DNA of 61,710 nucleotides from Eubacteriales Family XIII. Incertae Sedis bacterium (GTDB lineage Bacteria; Bacillota; Clostridia; Peptostreptococcales; Anaerovoracaceae): NCBI GenBank assembly GCA_031266795.1, contig JAISAI010000082.1, positions 1 to 61,710 of the forward strand, read 5' to 3'. Shown piece by piece: positions 54,262 to 61,710 of this stretch (position 1 is its first letter; each line of letters starts with the position of its first letter). The notes under the pieces were generated by a model. It saw only the letters and a program-made list of their open reading frames with translations, ran no database searches and was not told where the DNA came from. The position numbers and the translations under genes were made by a program.

Positions 54262-57200
54262 TTAGTTCGTGTCGCCGAAGACGGACACCCTCATGCGGTG
54301 TTCGGCCTCGGTATCCTTGATCTTTACGATGACGTTCGTCCGCAGGAAACGCTGCACTTCTGCCGTGCCCACGCCGCCGATGCCCGTGAAGACGATGCTG
54401 ACTGTGCCGTTGCCCGTGTCGGCGTCGATGTTCTTCATGACATTGTAGCCTGACTCCGAGCCCGGCGGAGAGTATGTGATGACCTCGCAGTTCCTCACGG
54501 TGAGCGTCAGGGAGCCTATGGGCGTGCCGGTGGCCGGGAAGCCGCGCACGACTAAGTTGGCCATTTTGTAGTAGAGTCCTCCATTCCCGTTCGGCGTGCC
54601 GTCGGCATCGCACCTCACGTAGCCGCCTATGATGACCTCCGGCTCGTCGTAGCCCGCGTATAGCTCGAGCTTCCCTTTCACTTCGCTGCCGAAGTCGTAC
54701 GGCTCATCATTGTCGTCCGGCATCGGCTCGGTATACCAGCCCTTGAACGTGCTGCCGTAGTGGTAGGGGGCGGAGGGCTCGGTGGCCTTCAGGCCATCCC
54801 TGACCGTCTGCCTGAGGTACAGGTTTTCCTTGTCCGTATAGGTCACGCTGAAGTAGGCTATCGCAGGGTCAGGCTCAGCTTCCGTCACCTTGACGCCTGT
54901 GTCAGCGCCGGAGATCGAGCCGGCTACGCGCACATCATAGCTGTCCGTCGCGTACTTCCGCGCGTAGGGCTCACGGTAGGCGCCGGCGCCGGAGTCGTAG
55001 CCCAGCGTGTAGGCGGGCGCGCCGTCCCGCCACAGAGTGACGCCCGTGTCCGCCCAGGGCTGGCCCGCGCCGTCGCGCGTCACGGTCACGGCCGCCGCGT
55101 AATACTCGGCCGCAGCCGTCCACGTCGCCGCGCTGTTTTTGATAAGGGTGAGCGTCTCGCCTGTGTCGAGCCCGTTCACGAAGACCTGATAGAGGTCAGC
55201 GCCCGTATCGCCGGGCACGGCCTTTTGGTACGTGTTCACTGTGCCGCCGGGCCCCGTATCGCCCGTAGTATATGGCAAGGAATATTTCACGGCGCCGCTC
55301 TGCCTCAAGGTAACAACCGCATCGTCCCAGCCGCTGTCGTAGACGAGCCCGAGCGTGGCGTTGTAGTAGGGGATAGCCGCTGCGCGCCGGAGCGTTTGGC
55401 TCATATCGAGCGTATAGCCCGTGTCCGCGCCGTCTACGTAGATCTTCCACACATTGTTGGGGCCGGAGGGATGGATCGGGGCTGTGTATTTTTTCAGGCC
55501 GTCGTCCCAATTGGCTGTGACCGTGCCGAATGCGTCGCTCCTCAGCGTCGCCTCGCTCCCCACTTGGGCGGGCGTCCCGCCGAGCGTTGTTTCGACCTCA
55601 GCTAAGTAGTAGTTGATGGTCATCTGTACGTCCTTGCCGTCGACCGTGAGTTTTTCGTTCGTCGCCACGCCGTCCACGTAGACATCGTAGACGCCGCTCA
55701 CGACGCCAAAGTCCGCAGCCGCAGCATTGCTCTGATAATGCTCGTAGACGCCGGTCGAGGCGCCCGTCTGCTTGAGCGTATAGCGCAGCGCGCCGTTCTG
55801 GTAGAGCCCTACCTCGCGGCCCGTGTAGGCGGAGGCGCCAAGACGCAGCGTCACGGTCGCGCGGTAGGCTACGGACGTCCAGTGGGCGTAGAGCGTCGTA
55901 TCCTGGGTGAAGAGCTCTTTCCCGGCCGGGACGGCGTTGTCCTTGCCTATGGCCTTCGTTCCCGCGCCATTCGGCGCCGTGAAATAGCCCTCGAAGGTGT
56001 AGCCCGTCCGCGTGGGCGGCGTGATGGACGCGATAGGCGATGTCGCGGACAGGTCGCTGAACCAGCCTGTGCCGTATTTCTCGTAGATGGTGGATGTGCC
56101 GGCGCTTGTGAAAGATGAGCCGGGCAGCAGCTTGACCGCAAAGACCCTGGACTCCCAGTGCGCGTACAGCGTGGCGTCTTCCGGGAAGCACCACGAGCCG
56201 TTCTGCGTCGTGTACGCGCCGCTGCCCGCGCTCTTCACAAAGTAGCCCTGATCGTTGATGACCTGGACGCCGCCGGTCTTTTCGGTATAAAATCCCATGA
56301 AGCGGTAGTATGGCAGCGAGGTCGAGAGCATGGACGTGTACGGGACGCCTGCCGTGACCGTGACCGGGGCGGGTACGGCGGGATCCGGCAAGCCCGGTTC
56401 AGGCTTGTTGCCGTCGAAGCCCAGGGAGTACTTCGAGTTTTTGTCTAAGACGACGTCATGCAGCTCTGCCGTCTTGCCGTGGATGGCGTGGGTGGAGCCA
56501 GTCTGCGAGAAAGCGACGGTAGAGGCCACCGTGACATTGCCGCCCGCAGAGGATCTGCCGGTCTCGCCACCGGCGCCGCCGTAGCCGCCGTAAACTTTTT
56601 CTATCGTGTACCAACTGTACAGTCTGAGGCCTACACCGTTCGCGCCGTCAGTAACGCCTTTGCCCCCAGAGCCTCCCCCGCCCTCAGCATACCCCTCAAT
56701 ATAGTTAAAGGGTATGTTCAGGACACCGCCGGCGCCCCCGCCTCCGCCGGCGCCACTACCGCCGCCGCCTGAGCCGACGAGGGCGCCCCTGCCGCTTACC
56801 CCGGACCCGCCCGCGCCGCCGCCGCTGCCCGCGTAGGAGGTATACCATGCGGCTTCACTTTCGTATTCGTAAGCAAACGCGTTTGCTCCCCTCGCGCCCG
56901 CTCTATAGCTATTCGGGAGGCCGCCGCTGCCTGAAAGCTCGACGCTGTCAAGGACGGACAGATCGCCCGCGGCTACGGAGTCCGTGCCGTTGCCGCCCTT
57001 CCGTCCGTCCATTCCGCCAGCACCTTGTGGTGCGACGAAGCCTTGGTTTCTATAGTTCGGGCCGGCAGCGCTTCCGCTCCCCGCGCCGCCCGCGCCACCG
57101 TCCGTACCGATACCCGCGCCGCCGCCACCGCCGCCACTCGTGGACGCGCCGCCACCGCCGCCTATACCATGGACGCCATCAATCTCCCAAGTCATATCAA

Positions 57201-57810
57201 CTCCGACGGCCCATCCGTCCCGCCCGTCTACGTTCGCCCAGACGATGCCGCCGTTCCCGCCGCTGACGTTCAGCTTGCCGGCGCCGCGTACGTAGAGGCA
57301 GTCGCCGTCTCGCAGCAGGATGGCGGCCTTGCCGCCCGTGTTCTCGGCGCTGTCGGTCTGTCCCACGCTACCGCGCACGGTCAGCGTCGTGCCGCCGGGT
57401 ATGAAGAGTACGGCCGGGTGGCTCGCGTCCGTATCCGTGCCGACGACGAGGCCGTTCTCGCCCTCGGCGCTTCTGATGGTGGTGTTGCCGTTGATCGTGT
57501 AGACCTTGTCTTTCTCGAGTATCTTGCCGTTGCTGCTCGAGGTGAGGAGGGTTGCCGAGCTTGCCGTGGGGTCGTTCGGCCCGAGGATGACGTATTTTGA
57601 GAAGTGCGTAGCCTGGAATGTGTAGGCGCGGCCGTCGCCCGTGAGCCGGCCCGGCATCTTTTCGAAGTCGCCGGAGTCCGCGATGTAGTAGACGGACGCG
57701 CCGCCTGAGTCCATGCCGCGAGGCACGTCGACCGTCACGGCGACTTCGCCCGAGGGCTGCGTCTCCGCGCCGGAAGCGTCGGACAGGGATATGTCGAGGG
57801 GCAGCGCCAC
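54262..57810 (-). CDS. large Flg_new / Gly-rich surface protein paralogue lacking its own signal peptide (distal part of a gene split at a G9 tract)
   Basis: The Gly-rich head (GGGGGAGIGTDGGAGGAGSG) and the YxVxV and GYTFEGYF...LYAHW modules are homologous to 45750-54032. The frame stays open upstream through 57962. Confidence 0.8.
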   Translation of the reverse strand: MALPLDISLSDASGAETQPSGEVAVTVDVPRGMDSGGASVYYIADSGDFEKMPGRLTGDGRAYTFQATHFSKYVILGPNDPTASSATLLTSSSNGKILEKDKVYTINGNTTIRSAEGENGLVVGTDTDASHPAVLFIPGGTTLTVRGSVGQTDSAENTGGKAAILLRDGDCLYVRGAGKLNVSGGNGGIVWANVDGRDGWAVGVDMTWEIDGVHGIGGGGGASTSGGGGGGAGIGTDGGAGGAGSGSAAGPNYRNQGFVAPQGAGGMDGRKGGNGTDSVAAGDLSVLDSVELSGSGGLPNSYRAGARGANAFAYEYESEAAWYTSYAGSGGGAGGSGVSGRGALVGSGGGGSGAGGGGGAGGVLNIPFNYIEGYAEGGGGSGGKGVTDGANGVGLRLYSWYTIEKVYGGYGGAGGETGRSSAGGNVTVASTVAFSQTGSTHAIHGKTAELHDVVLDKNSKYSLGFDGNKPEPGLPDPAVPAPVTVTAGVPYTSMLSTSLPYYRFMGFYTEKTGGVQVINDQGYFVKSAGSGAYTTQNGSWCFPEDATLYAHWESRVFAVKLLPGSSFTSAGTSTIYEKYGTGWFSDLSATSPIASITPPTRTGYTFEGYFTAPNGAGTKAIGKDNAVPAGKELFTQDTTLYAHWTSVAYRATVTLRLGASAYTGREVGLYQNGALRYTLKQTGASTGVYEHYQSNAAAADFGVVSGVYDVYVDGVATNEKLTVDGKDVQMTINYYLAEVETTLGGTPAQVGSEATLRSDAFGTVTANWDDGLKKYTAPIHPSGPNNVWKIYVDGADTGYTLDMSQTLRRAAAIPYYNATLGLVYDSGWDDAVVTLRQSGAVKYSLPYTTGDTGPGGTVNTYQKAVPGDTGADLYQVFVNGLDTGETLTLIKNSAATWTAAAEYYAAAVTVTRDGAGQPWADTGVTLWRDGAPAYTLGYDSGAGAYREPYARKYATDSYDVRVAGSISGADTGVKVTEAEPDPAIAYFSVTYTDKENLYLRQTVRDGLKATEPSAPYHYGSTFKGWYTEPMPDDNDEPYDFGSEVKGKLELYAGYDEPEVIIGGYVRCDADGTPNGNGGLYYKMANLVVRGFPATGTPIGSLTLTVRNCEVITYSPPGSESGYNVMKNIDADTGNGTVSIVFTGIGGVGTAEVQRFLRTNVIVKIKDTEAEHRMRVSVFGDTN

Positions 57811-57940
57811 GGTAAGCCCGGGGGTCAGCCCCTCGGCTTCGGCGATGTCTGTTAGGGTGGAAAGGGGGATAGCGTCGGGCGCTTCGCGCCCGACGCTATC
57901 GGGATTGCTTAAGTCAGGGTCAAGACTGTTATTTGAATCA

Positions 57941-58330
57941 TTAACAAATTTTGCCCCCCCCCATTGCGTTTATAGCCGGGGCGGCGGAGGCAATGTCCGC
58001 ACTCGCCGTGGCGGCGAGGACCGTCACTTCGTTGTTGTTGCTTGTCAGCATGTCGTACAGGAAGCCGTCGTCCGTACCGCGCACGGGGGCTATGCCGCGC
58101 TCGCCGTCGCTGACGGCGGGCGTGGATACCTCGGCGACAGCCCCGTCAGGCAGGGCCGAGGCGGTCACGGGAGCGATAGAAACGTGCACTTTCGGCACGG
58201 CATCCGTGTCAAGCGCGCCGCCAAGCAGCAGCGCGAACACGACAGCCAGCGCAGGAAGCGCGACAAGAGCGACGCGAAGCCGCTTCTCCATATTCGACAA
58301 AGACGATACAAGCCCATTCATGATTTTCAT
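57941..58330 (-). CDS. signal-peptide-bearing N-terminal fragment of the split surface-protein gene
   Basis: MEKRLRVALVALPALAVVFALLLGGA signal. The ORF ends 4 codons after the G9 run (AMGGGKIC*). Confidence 0.65.
   Translation of the reverse strand: MKIMNGLVSSLSNMEKRLRVALVALPALAVVFALLLGGALDTDAVPKVHVSIAPVTASALPDGAVAEVSTPAVSDGERGIAPVRGTDDGFLYDMLTSNNNEVTVLAATASADIASAAPAINAMGGGKIC
57954..57962 (-). repeat. homopolymeric G9 tract (C9 on + strand) at the frame break
   Basis: ttttgCCCCCCCCCattg read directly. Deleting one base fuses 57941-58330 with 54262-57810 without an intervening stop. Confidence 0.9.
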
Positions 58331-58479
58331 CGTACTCTCCAGTTCCCTATCCCCTCAGGTTTTTGCATATATTATACGCACCCTCTACGGCATATATAAA
58401 TATTATACCCAAAAACAAGGCAAGTTAAACACATTCACAAAAATTTTCAGTTACGGTGCTGTGACGATGTTAAACTAAG

Positions 58480-58514
58480 AAAACACCCGGCAAATTACTC
58501 TGTCGGGTGTTTTG
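58480..58514 (-). terminator. bidirectional intrinsic terminator downstream of the amidohydrolase gene
   Basis: AAAACACCCG (58480-58489) pairs with CGGGTGTTTT (58504-58513). It is flanked by A and T runs on both sides. Confidence 0.65.
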
Positions 58515-58623
58515 TGTACATTGTAGGATACTCCTTTGACGAACCATCCGATCCGCCCGGTCTCCCTACGCTTATAATAATAGCATGATCTCTATTTTAT
58601 TTCAATAACTTCCCATGCCGCGG

Positions 58624-59853
58624 TCAGAGGTTTTTGTCGGCTTCTATCAGGGCGTTTAGGAGTACGTTTGCCCCGTGCCATGTCTGCTCGGGTGAGGAAT
58701 ACTCTACTACTGTGTGCGACAGGCCGTCTTTGCTTGGTATGAATATCATTACTGACGGCAGCAGCTCCGATACGTACTGCGCGTCGTGGCCGGCGCCTGA
58801 GTACATGCGCTTGTTGCTGTAGCCGAGGCCTTTTGCGGCGCCCTCTACGTAGCCGAGCAGCTTGTCGTTGAACTGTATCGTCTTGCGGCCCCAGTGCTCC
58901 TCGTAGCTGAGCTTGCAGCCGTAGACGTCTTTCGGGAGGTTCTCTATCACGTCCACTACCTTGGCTATGACGTTCATGTCCTGATGGCGCGCGTCTAAGG
59001 AGAACTTCACGTAGTTTGGCACTACCGTGTGTATGTTGGGCCGGCACGTGATCTCGCCTGTCGTGAACACTAAGTCGCCGGCCAGCGCGCCGAGCTTGTC
59101 CCACAAATCGAGTATGGTCTTCGACGCGGCCCTCAGCGCGTCCTTGCGGTAGCTCTGCGGCGTCGTGCCGGCGTGGCTTGAGACGCCCTCGAGGATGATG
59201 TCGTAGTTGACCATGCCGACGACGCCGGCTACGACGCCTATGTCGAGGCCCTCCTCCTCGAGCACGGGGCCCTGCTCTATGTGCGGCTCGAAGTACGCGC
59301 AGTAATCGCGGCTGTTCAGCCTGTTCGCCTCGCCGCCGACCCATCCGCTCGCGGCGAGCGCCTCGCCGAACGTGACCGTACCGCCCGTCTCCACAACGCC
59401 GAGCATGGACTCTTTCGTGAATTTTTCCATGACTATACCGGAGGACATCATGGCGGGCTCGAAGCGCGCGCCCTCCTCGTTCGTCCACACCATGACCGTG
59501 ATCGGATGGCGGAGCTTGATGCCCTCGGTGATGATCGTCTCGGCTACCTCGAGGCTCGACAGCACGCCGTAGATGCCGTCGTAGTTGCCGCCGCTCCTGA
59601 CGGAGTCCATATGCGAACCCATGACGATGCGCGGGAGGCCTTCCTCCGAGCCCGGGTAGGTCGCGTACATGTTGGCGATGTCGTCCGACGCTACGGCCAT
59701 GCCGAGCGCCTCCGCTCTCCTCTTGAACTCGGCTCTTGCCTCGAGCGCGGGCGCGGACAGCGACAGCCTCGTGATACCGCCCCCTTCAAGCGCCCCGAAC
59801 TTGCTGAACGCCTTGAGCTTCTCGTCCATCCTGTCAAGATTTGTGGTAAGCAT
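58624..59853 (-). CDS. M20-family Zn-dependent amidohydrolase (allantoate amidohydrolase / N-carbamoyl-L-amino-acid hydrolase type)
   Basis: AAGGAGG lies 6 nt upstream of ATG 59853. GGGITRLSLS...IVMGSHMDSVRSGGNYDGIYGVLSSLEV...VMVWTNEEGARF...SGAGHDA. Confidence 0.85.
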   Translation of the reverse strand: MLTTNLDRMDEKLKAFSKFGALEGGGITRLSLSAPALEARAEFKRRAEALGMAVASDDIANMYATYPGSEEGLPRIVMGSHMDSVRSGGNYDGIYGVLSSLEVAETIITEGIKLRHPITVMVWTNEEGARFEPAMMSSGIVMEKFTKESMLGVVETGGTVTFGEALAASGWVGGEANRLNSRDYCAYFEPHIEQGPVLEEEGLDIGVVAGVVGMVNYDIILEGVSSHAGTTPQSYRKDALRAASKTILDLWDKLGALAGDLVFTTGEITCRPNIHTVVPNYVKFSLDARHQDMNVIAKVVDVIENLPKDVYGCKLSYEEHWGRKTIQFNDKLLGYVEGAAKGLGYSNKRMYSGAGHDAQYVSELLPSVMIFIPSKDGLSHTVVEYSSPEQTWHGANVLLNALIEADKNL

Positions 59854-59898
59854 GGTGTGCCTCCTTGCCAATCATCATAGGGTCAAGCAGCATTATTA

Positions 59899-59925
59899 TA
59901 AAAAAAACGGGCGCGGCGCGCCCGT
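59899..59925 (-). terminator. intrinsic terminator after the DUF1292 gene
   Basis: GC-rich hairpin CGGGCGC-GGC-GCGCCCG (59908-59924), followed on the minus strand by T8 (A8 at 59900-59907). It lies 6 nt after the stop codon. Confidence 0.8.
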
Positions 59926-59930
59926 CATCG

Positions 59931-60245
59931 TCAGTTGTCCTCGGACACCGCTTCCATGTCCATGAACTTCTCGAATATCTCGACGGCGGCCTCGAACTCC
60001 GCTTCGTCCTCTATGTCGATCAGCTCGAACTCGTCTTCGTCGCTGTCCTCTATCTCCTTATACCCGTATATATAGACGTCGTCGCTACCGTCGTCGGGCT
60101 GGAGGGCGATGTAGTCCTTGCCTCCCGACTCGAATACTCCGATAACCTCCGTCTCCATCACGACGCCGTCGTCAAATTCGAGCGTGATGGTGTCGAGCTC
60201 TTCCTCTTCCGCTTCGATCTCGGCTCTCTTGTCTTTGTCGGCCAT
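59931..60245 (-). CDS. DUF1292 family acidic protein
   Basis: TITLEFDDGVVMETEVIGVFESGGKDYIALQPDD...VYIYGYKE...DEFELIDIEDEAEFEAAVEIFEKF. Confidence 0.85.
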   Translation of the reverse strand: MADKDKRAEIEAEEEELDTITLEFDDGVVMETEVIGVFESGGKDYIALQPDDGSDDVYIYGYKEIEDSDEDEFELIDIEDEAEFEAAVEIFEKFMDMEAVSEDN

Positions 60246-60381
60246 GTTCTGTCCTCCCGCGCTGCGGCGCCCAAGGTTGCTTCCGTCCCTATTACTATAT
60301 CATCGCATATCGCAGATTTCAATGGGGAACGGTATCGCGCCTAAGATAAAGGATAATATGCAATTTAATGGGTTAATATGG

Positions 60382-60410
60382 TTGACATGAGGTATATAGG
60401 ATGGTATAGT
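60382..60410 (+). promoter_or_regulatory. near-consensus sigma-A promoter TTGACA-17 nt-TATAGT
   Basis: TTGACA at 60382-60387, a 17-nt spacer, then TATAGT at 60405-60410. It points at the small ORF at 60530. Confidence 0.55.
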
Positions 60411-60529
60411 TTATTTTGAAAGAAGCCCGCGCCTATGATGCGAGCCGCGAGAGCGATGAGCGAAGGCAGCGTGGTGGCGATGTTCCTGCCAACCGTTATC
60501 GCACGCAGTTGCGAAGGGAGGTGGGGCCT

Positions 60530-60643
60530 ATGCAGGAGATCATTGAAGTGATCGGAGTCATTCTCCGGGCTGCAGATATCATACTGAAGGTGCTCGTCCT
60601 TCTGAAAGGGAAGGCGATAAAACGAAACCACCCGCATAAGTAG
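60530..60643 (+). CDS. 37-aa amphipathic/hydrophobic peptide with a basic tail (candidate small membrane peptide or type I toxin-like)
   Basis: GGGAGGTGG lies 7 nt upstream of the ATG. Product: MQEIIEVIGVILRAADIILKVLVLLKGKAIKRNHPHK. The stop codon sits in the loop of a perfect 10-bp hairpin (60624-60652). Confidence 0.4.
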   Translation: MQEIIEVIGVILRAADIILKVLVLLKGKAIKRNHPHK

Positions 60644-60795
60644 GGTGGTTTCATCTCTCCATAACAGGGAATGAAGCCGCCATGCGAGGGCTTCTTCTCT
60701 TACACATATGATAACGCGTCAAAACATGGATTGCAATAGAAAAATCAGGATAAACGCATCAAAAATTTCATTAAAATCATGCGGGTATTGACATT

Positions 60796-61710
60796 TTACT
60801 CTGTCATGCCCTTTGTTCGGCGTTTGTGATGATACTCTACCGCGAACCGGTGTACTTCCTCCTGTACGCGGCCTACGAGGTGGAAGAGTTCGGGTTTTCC
60901 TTTCAGCGCTATCTCGGCGTATTCGTCTTCGCCCCCCGGCGTATCGCCGTCCGTATCCTCAGGCCCCTCGGACTTCCGCCCCGGCTCCCCTCCCGCCTTA
61001 GGTATGATGAGGGCGCGCGTGCGGTGCTTGTCGTCTTTCACCATGCCTGCGACGAGTATGTCCCTTATGGCCCGCGCCGCGCTGCGCGCGTCTTCGCTAT
61101 CGCCGCTCTTCGCGGCGGCCGATACGCTCAGGGCTTCGAGCACGCGGCGGACGGACGCGACATGGCCTTTCCCTCCGTCTATAAGGAAGAGGCCCGGCAG
61201 CGGTAAAAAACTTTTGTCGCCCGCGATCGCCCTCTTCAAACGGCGGTAGAGCACTTCCTGCATGGCGGCGTAGTCGTCGCCCTTGGCGTCGCCGCGTATC
61301 TTGAATTTCCGGTAGCCGGCCCTCTCGGGCTCACCGCCCTCGAATACGACCATGGCGCCGACGCTGTCCGCGCCGCCCGTGTGGGATATGTCGTAGGCTT
61401 CTATCCTCTGCCGCGCGAGCGGTTCGCCGAACGCCTCCTCGAACTGCGCCGAAAGCCTCTCGCGTCTCTTCTCCTCCGCCTTGGCGCGCTGCTCCTCGCG
61501 GCGCACCGCCTCGTCCACGTCATTCTTCGCGAGGCGCAGGAGCGCTTTCTTCGCCCCCCTGAGGGGAGCGTGTATCCGTATTTTGTAGCCGCAGCTTTCG
61601 GACAGGGCGTCAGCGATGAACTGCTCGTCGGGGATGCGCCCGTCCGTCAGTATCTCCTTGGGCGGCGAGGATTGGTTCACGTAGTATTGCGAGATGAAGG
61701 CCGCGACGGT
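60796..61710 (-). CDS. uvrC: excinuclease ABC subunit C, C-terminal part (5' end outside window); ends right after the endonuclease domain, without the (HhH)2 tail
   Basis: RIEAYDISHTGGADSVGAMVVFEGGEPERAGYRKFKI...DDYAAMQEVLYRRLKR...PGLFLIDGGKGHV...VQEEVHRFAVEYHHKRR, then stop. The frame is open to the window edge. Confidence 0.75.
   Translation of the reverse strand, partial: TVAAFISQYYVNQSSPPKEILTDGRIPDEQFIADALSESCGYKIRIHAPLRGAKKALLRLAKNDVDEAVRREEQRAKAEEKRRERLSAQFEEAFGEPLARQRIEAYDISHTGGADSVGAMVVFEGGEPERAGYRKFKIRGDAKGDDYAAMQEVLYRRLKRAIAGDKSFLPLPGLFLIDGGKGHVASVRRVLEALSVSAAAKSGDSEDARSAARAIRDILVAGMVKDDKHRTRALIIPKAGGEPGRKSEGPEDTDGDTPGGEDEYAEIALKGKPELFHLVGRVQEEVHRFAVEYHHKRRTKGMTE

Noticed and set aside
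60417-60529. Leader of the small peptide gene compared with the fluoride (crcB) riboswitch because of GGCGATG...GCC...AACCG
   Set aside because: Only the 5' half shows a loose resemblance. The conserved 3' GATGA..CCTAC pseudoknot partner is absent, and the downstream gene is not a CrcB/EriC-type transporter.
60365-60637. 90-aa minus-strand ORF opposite the small peptide gene
   Set aside because: It runs antisense through the consensus promoter, RBS and peptide ORF on the + strand. It lacks an RBS and its composition is not protein-like. An antisense RNA remains possible, but not this CDS.

Overview
High-GC, Gram-positive (Clostridia-like) chromosomal window. That placement is an inference from strong AGGAGG ribosome-binding sites and from DUF1292, TraX and Flg_new surface-protein genes. 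The window is dominated by one ~33-kb co-directional, almost gapless + strand gene array (5295-38647). Its 3' two-thirds (16352-38647) is a complete phage-tail-like contractile injection system (CIS): DUF4255 terminator, sheath, two tube paralogues, chaperone-like pair, tape measure, two tube initiators, gpD hub, gpV/VgrG spike, gp25, two Baseplate-J proteins, gpI-like protein, AAA+ ATPase and a DUF4280 PAAR-like tip. An OmpR-type response regulator and a sensor-less histidine kinase are translationally interleaved with the ATPase and the tip gene. I see no tail fibre, LysM domain, lysis cassette or effector. The 5' third (5295-16334) encodes six uncharacterised, mostly membrane-anchored proteins, including a HAMP plus degenerate cyclase protein, a MORN-repeat protein and a TolC-like protein. 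I consider the combination of this module, the CIS and the two-component system the candidate novel system. Flanking content: a two-gene catechol meta-cleavage module, a sigma region-4/anti-sigma-like fusion, an Fe-alcohol dehydrogenase, a STAS protein, an ABC transporter, an AT-richer islet (TraX, GNAT, XRE), an IS110 element with a putative bridge RNA, two paralogous giant Flg_new surface proteins (one split at a G9 tract), an M20 amidohydrolase, DUF1292, a small self-contained peptide gene and a partial uvrC. No rRNA, tRNA or CRISPR was seen. All family calls rest on motif recognition by eye; no searches were run.
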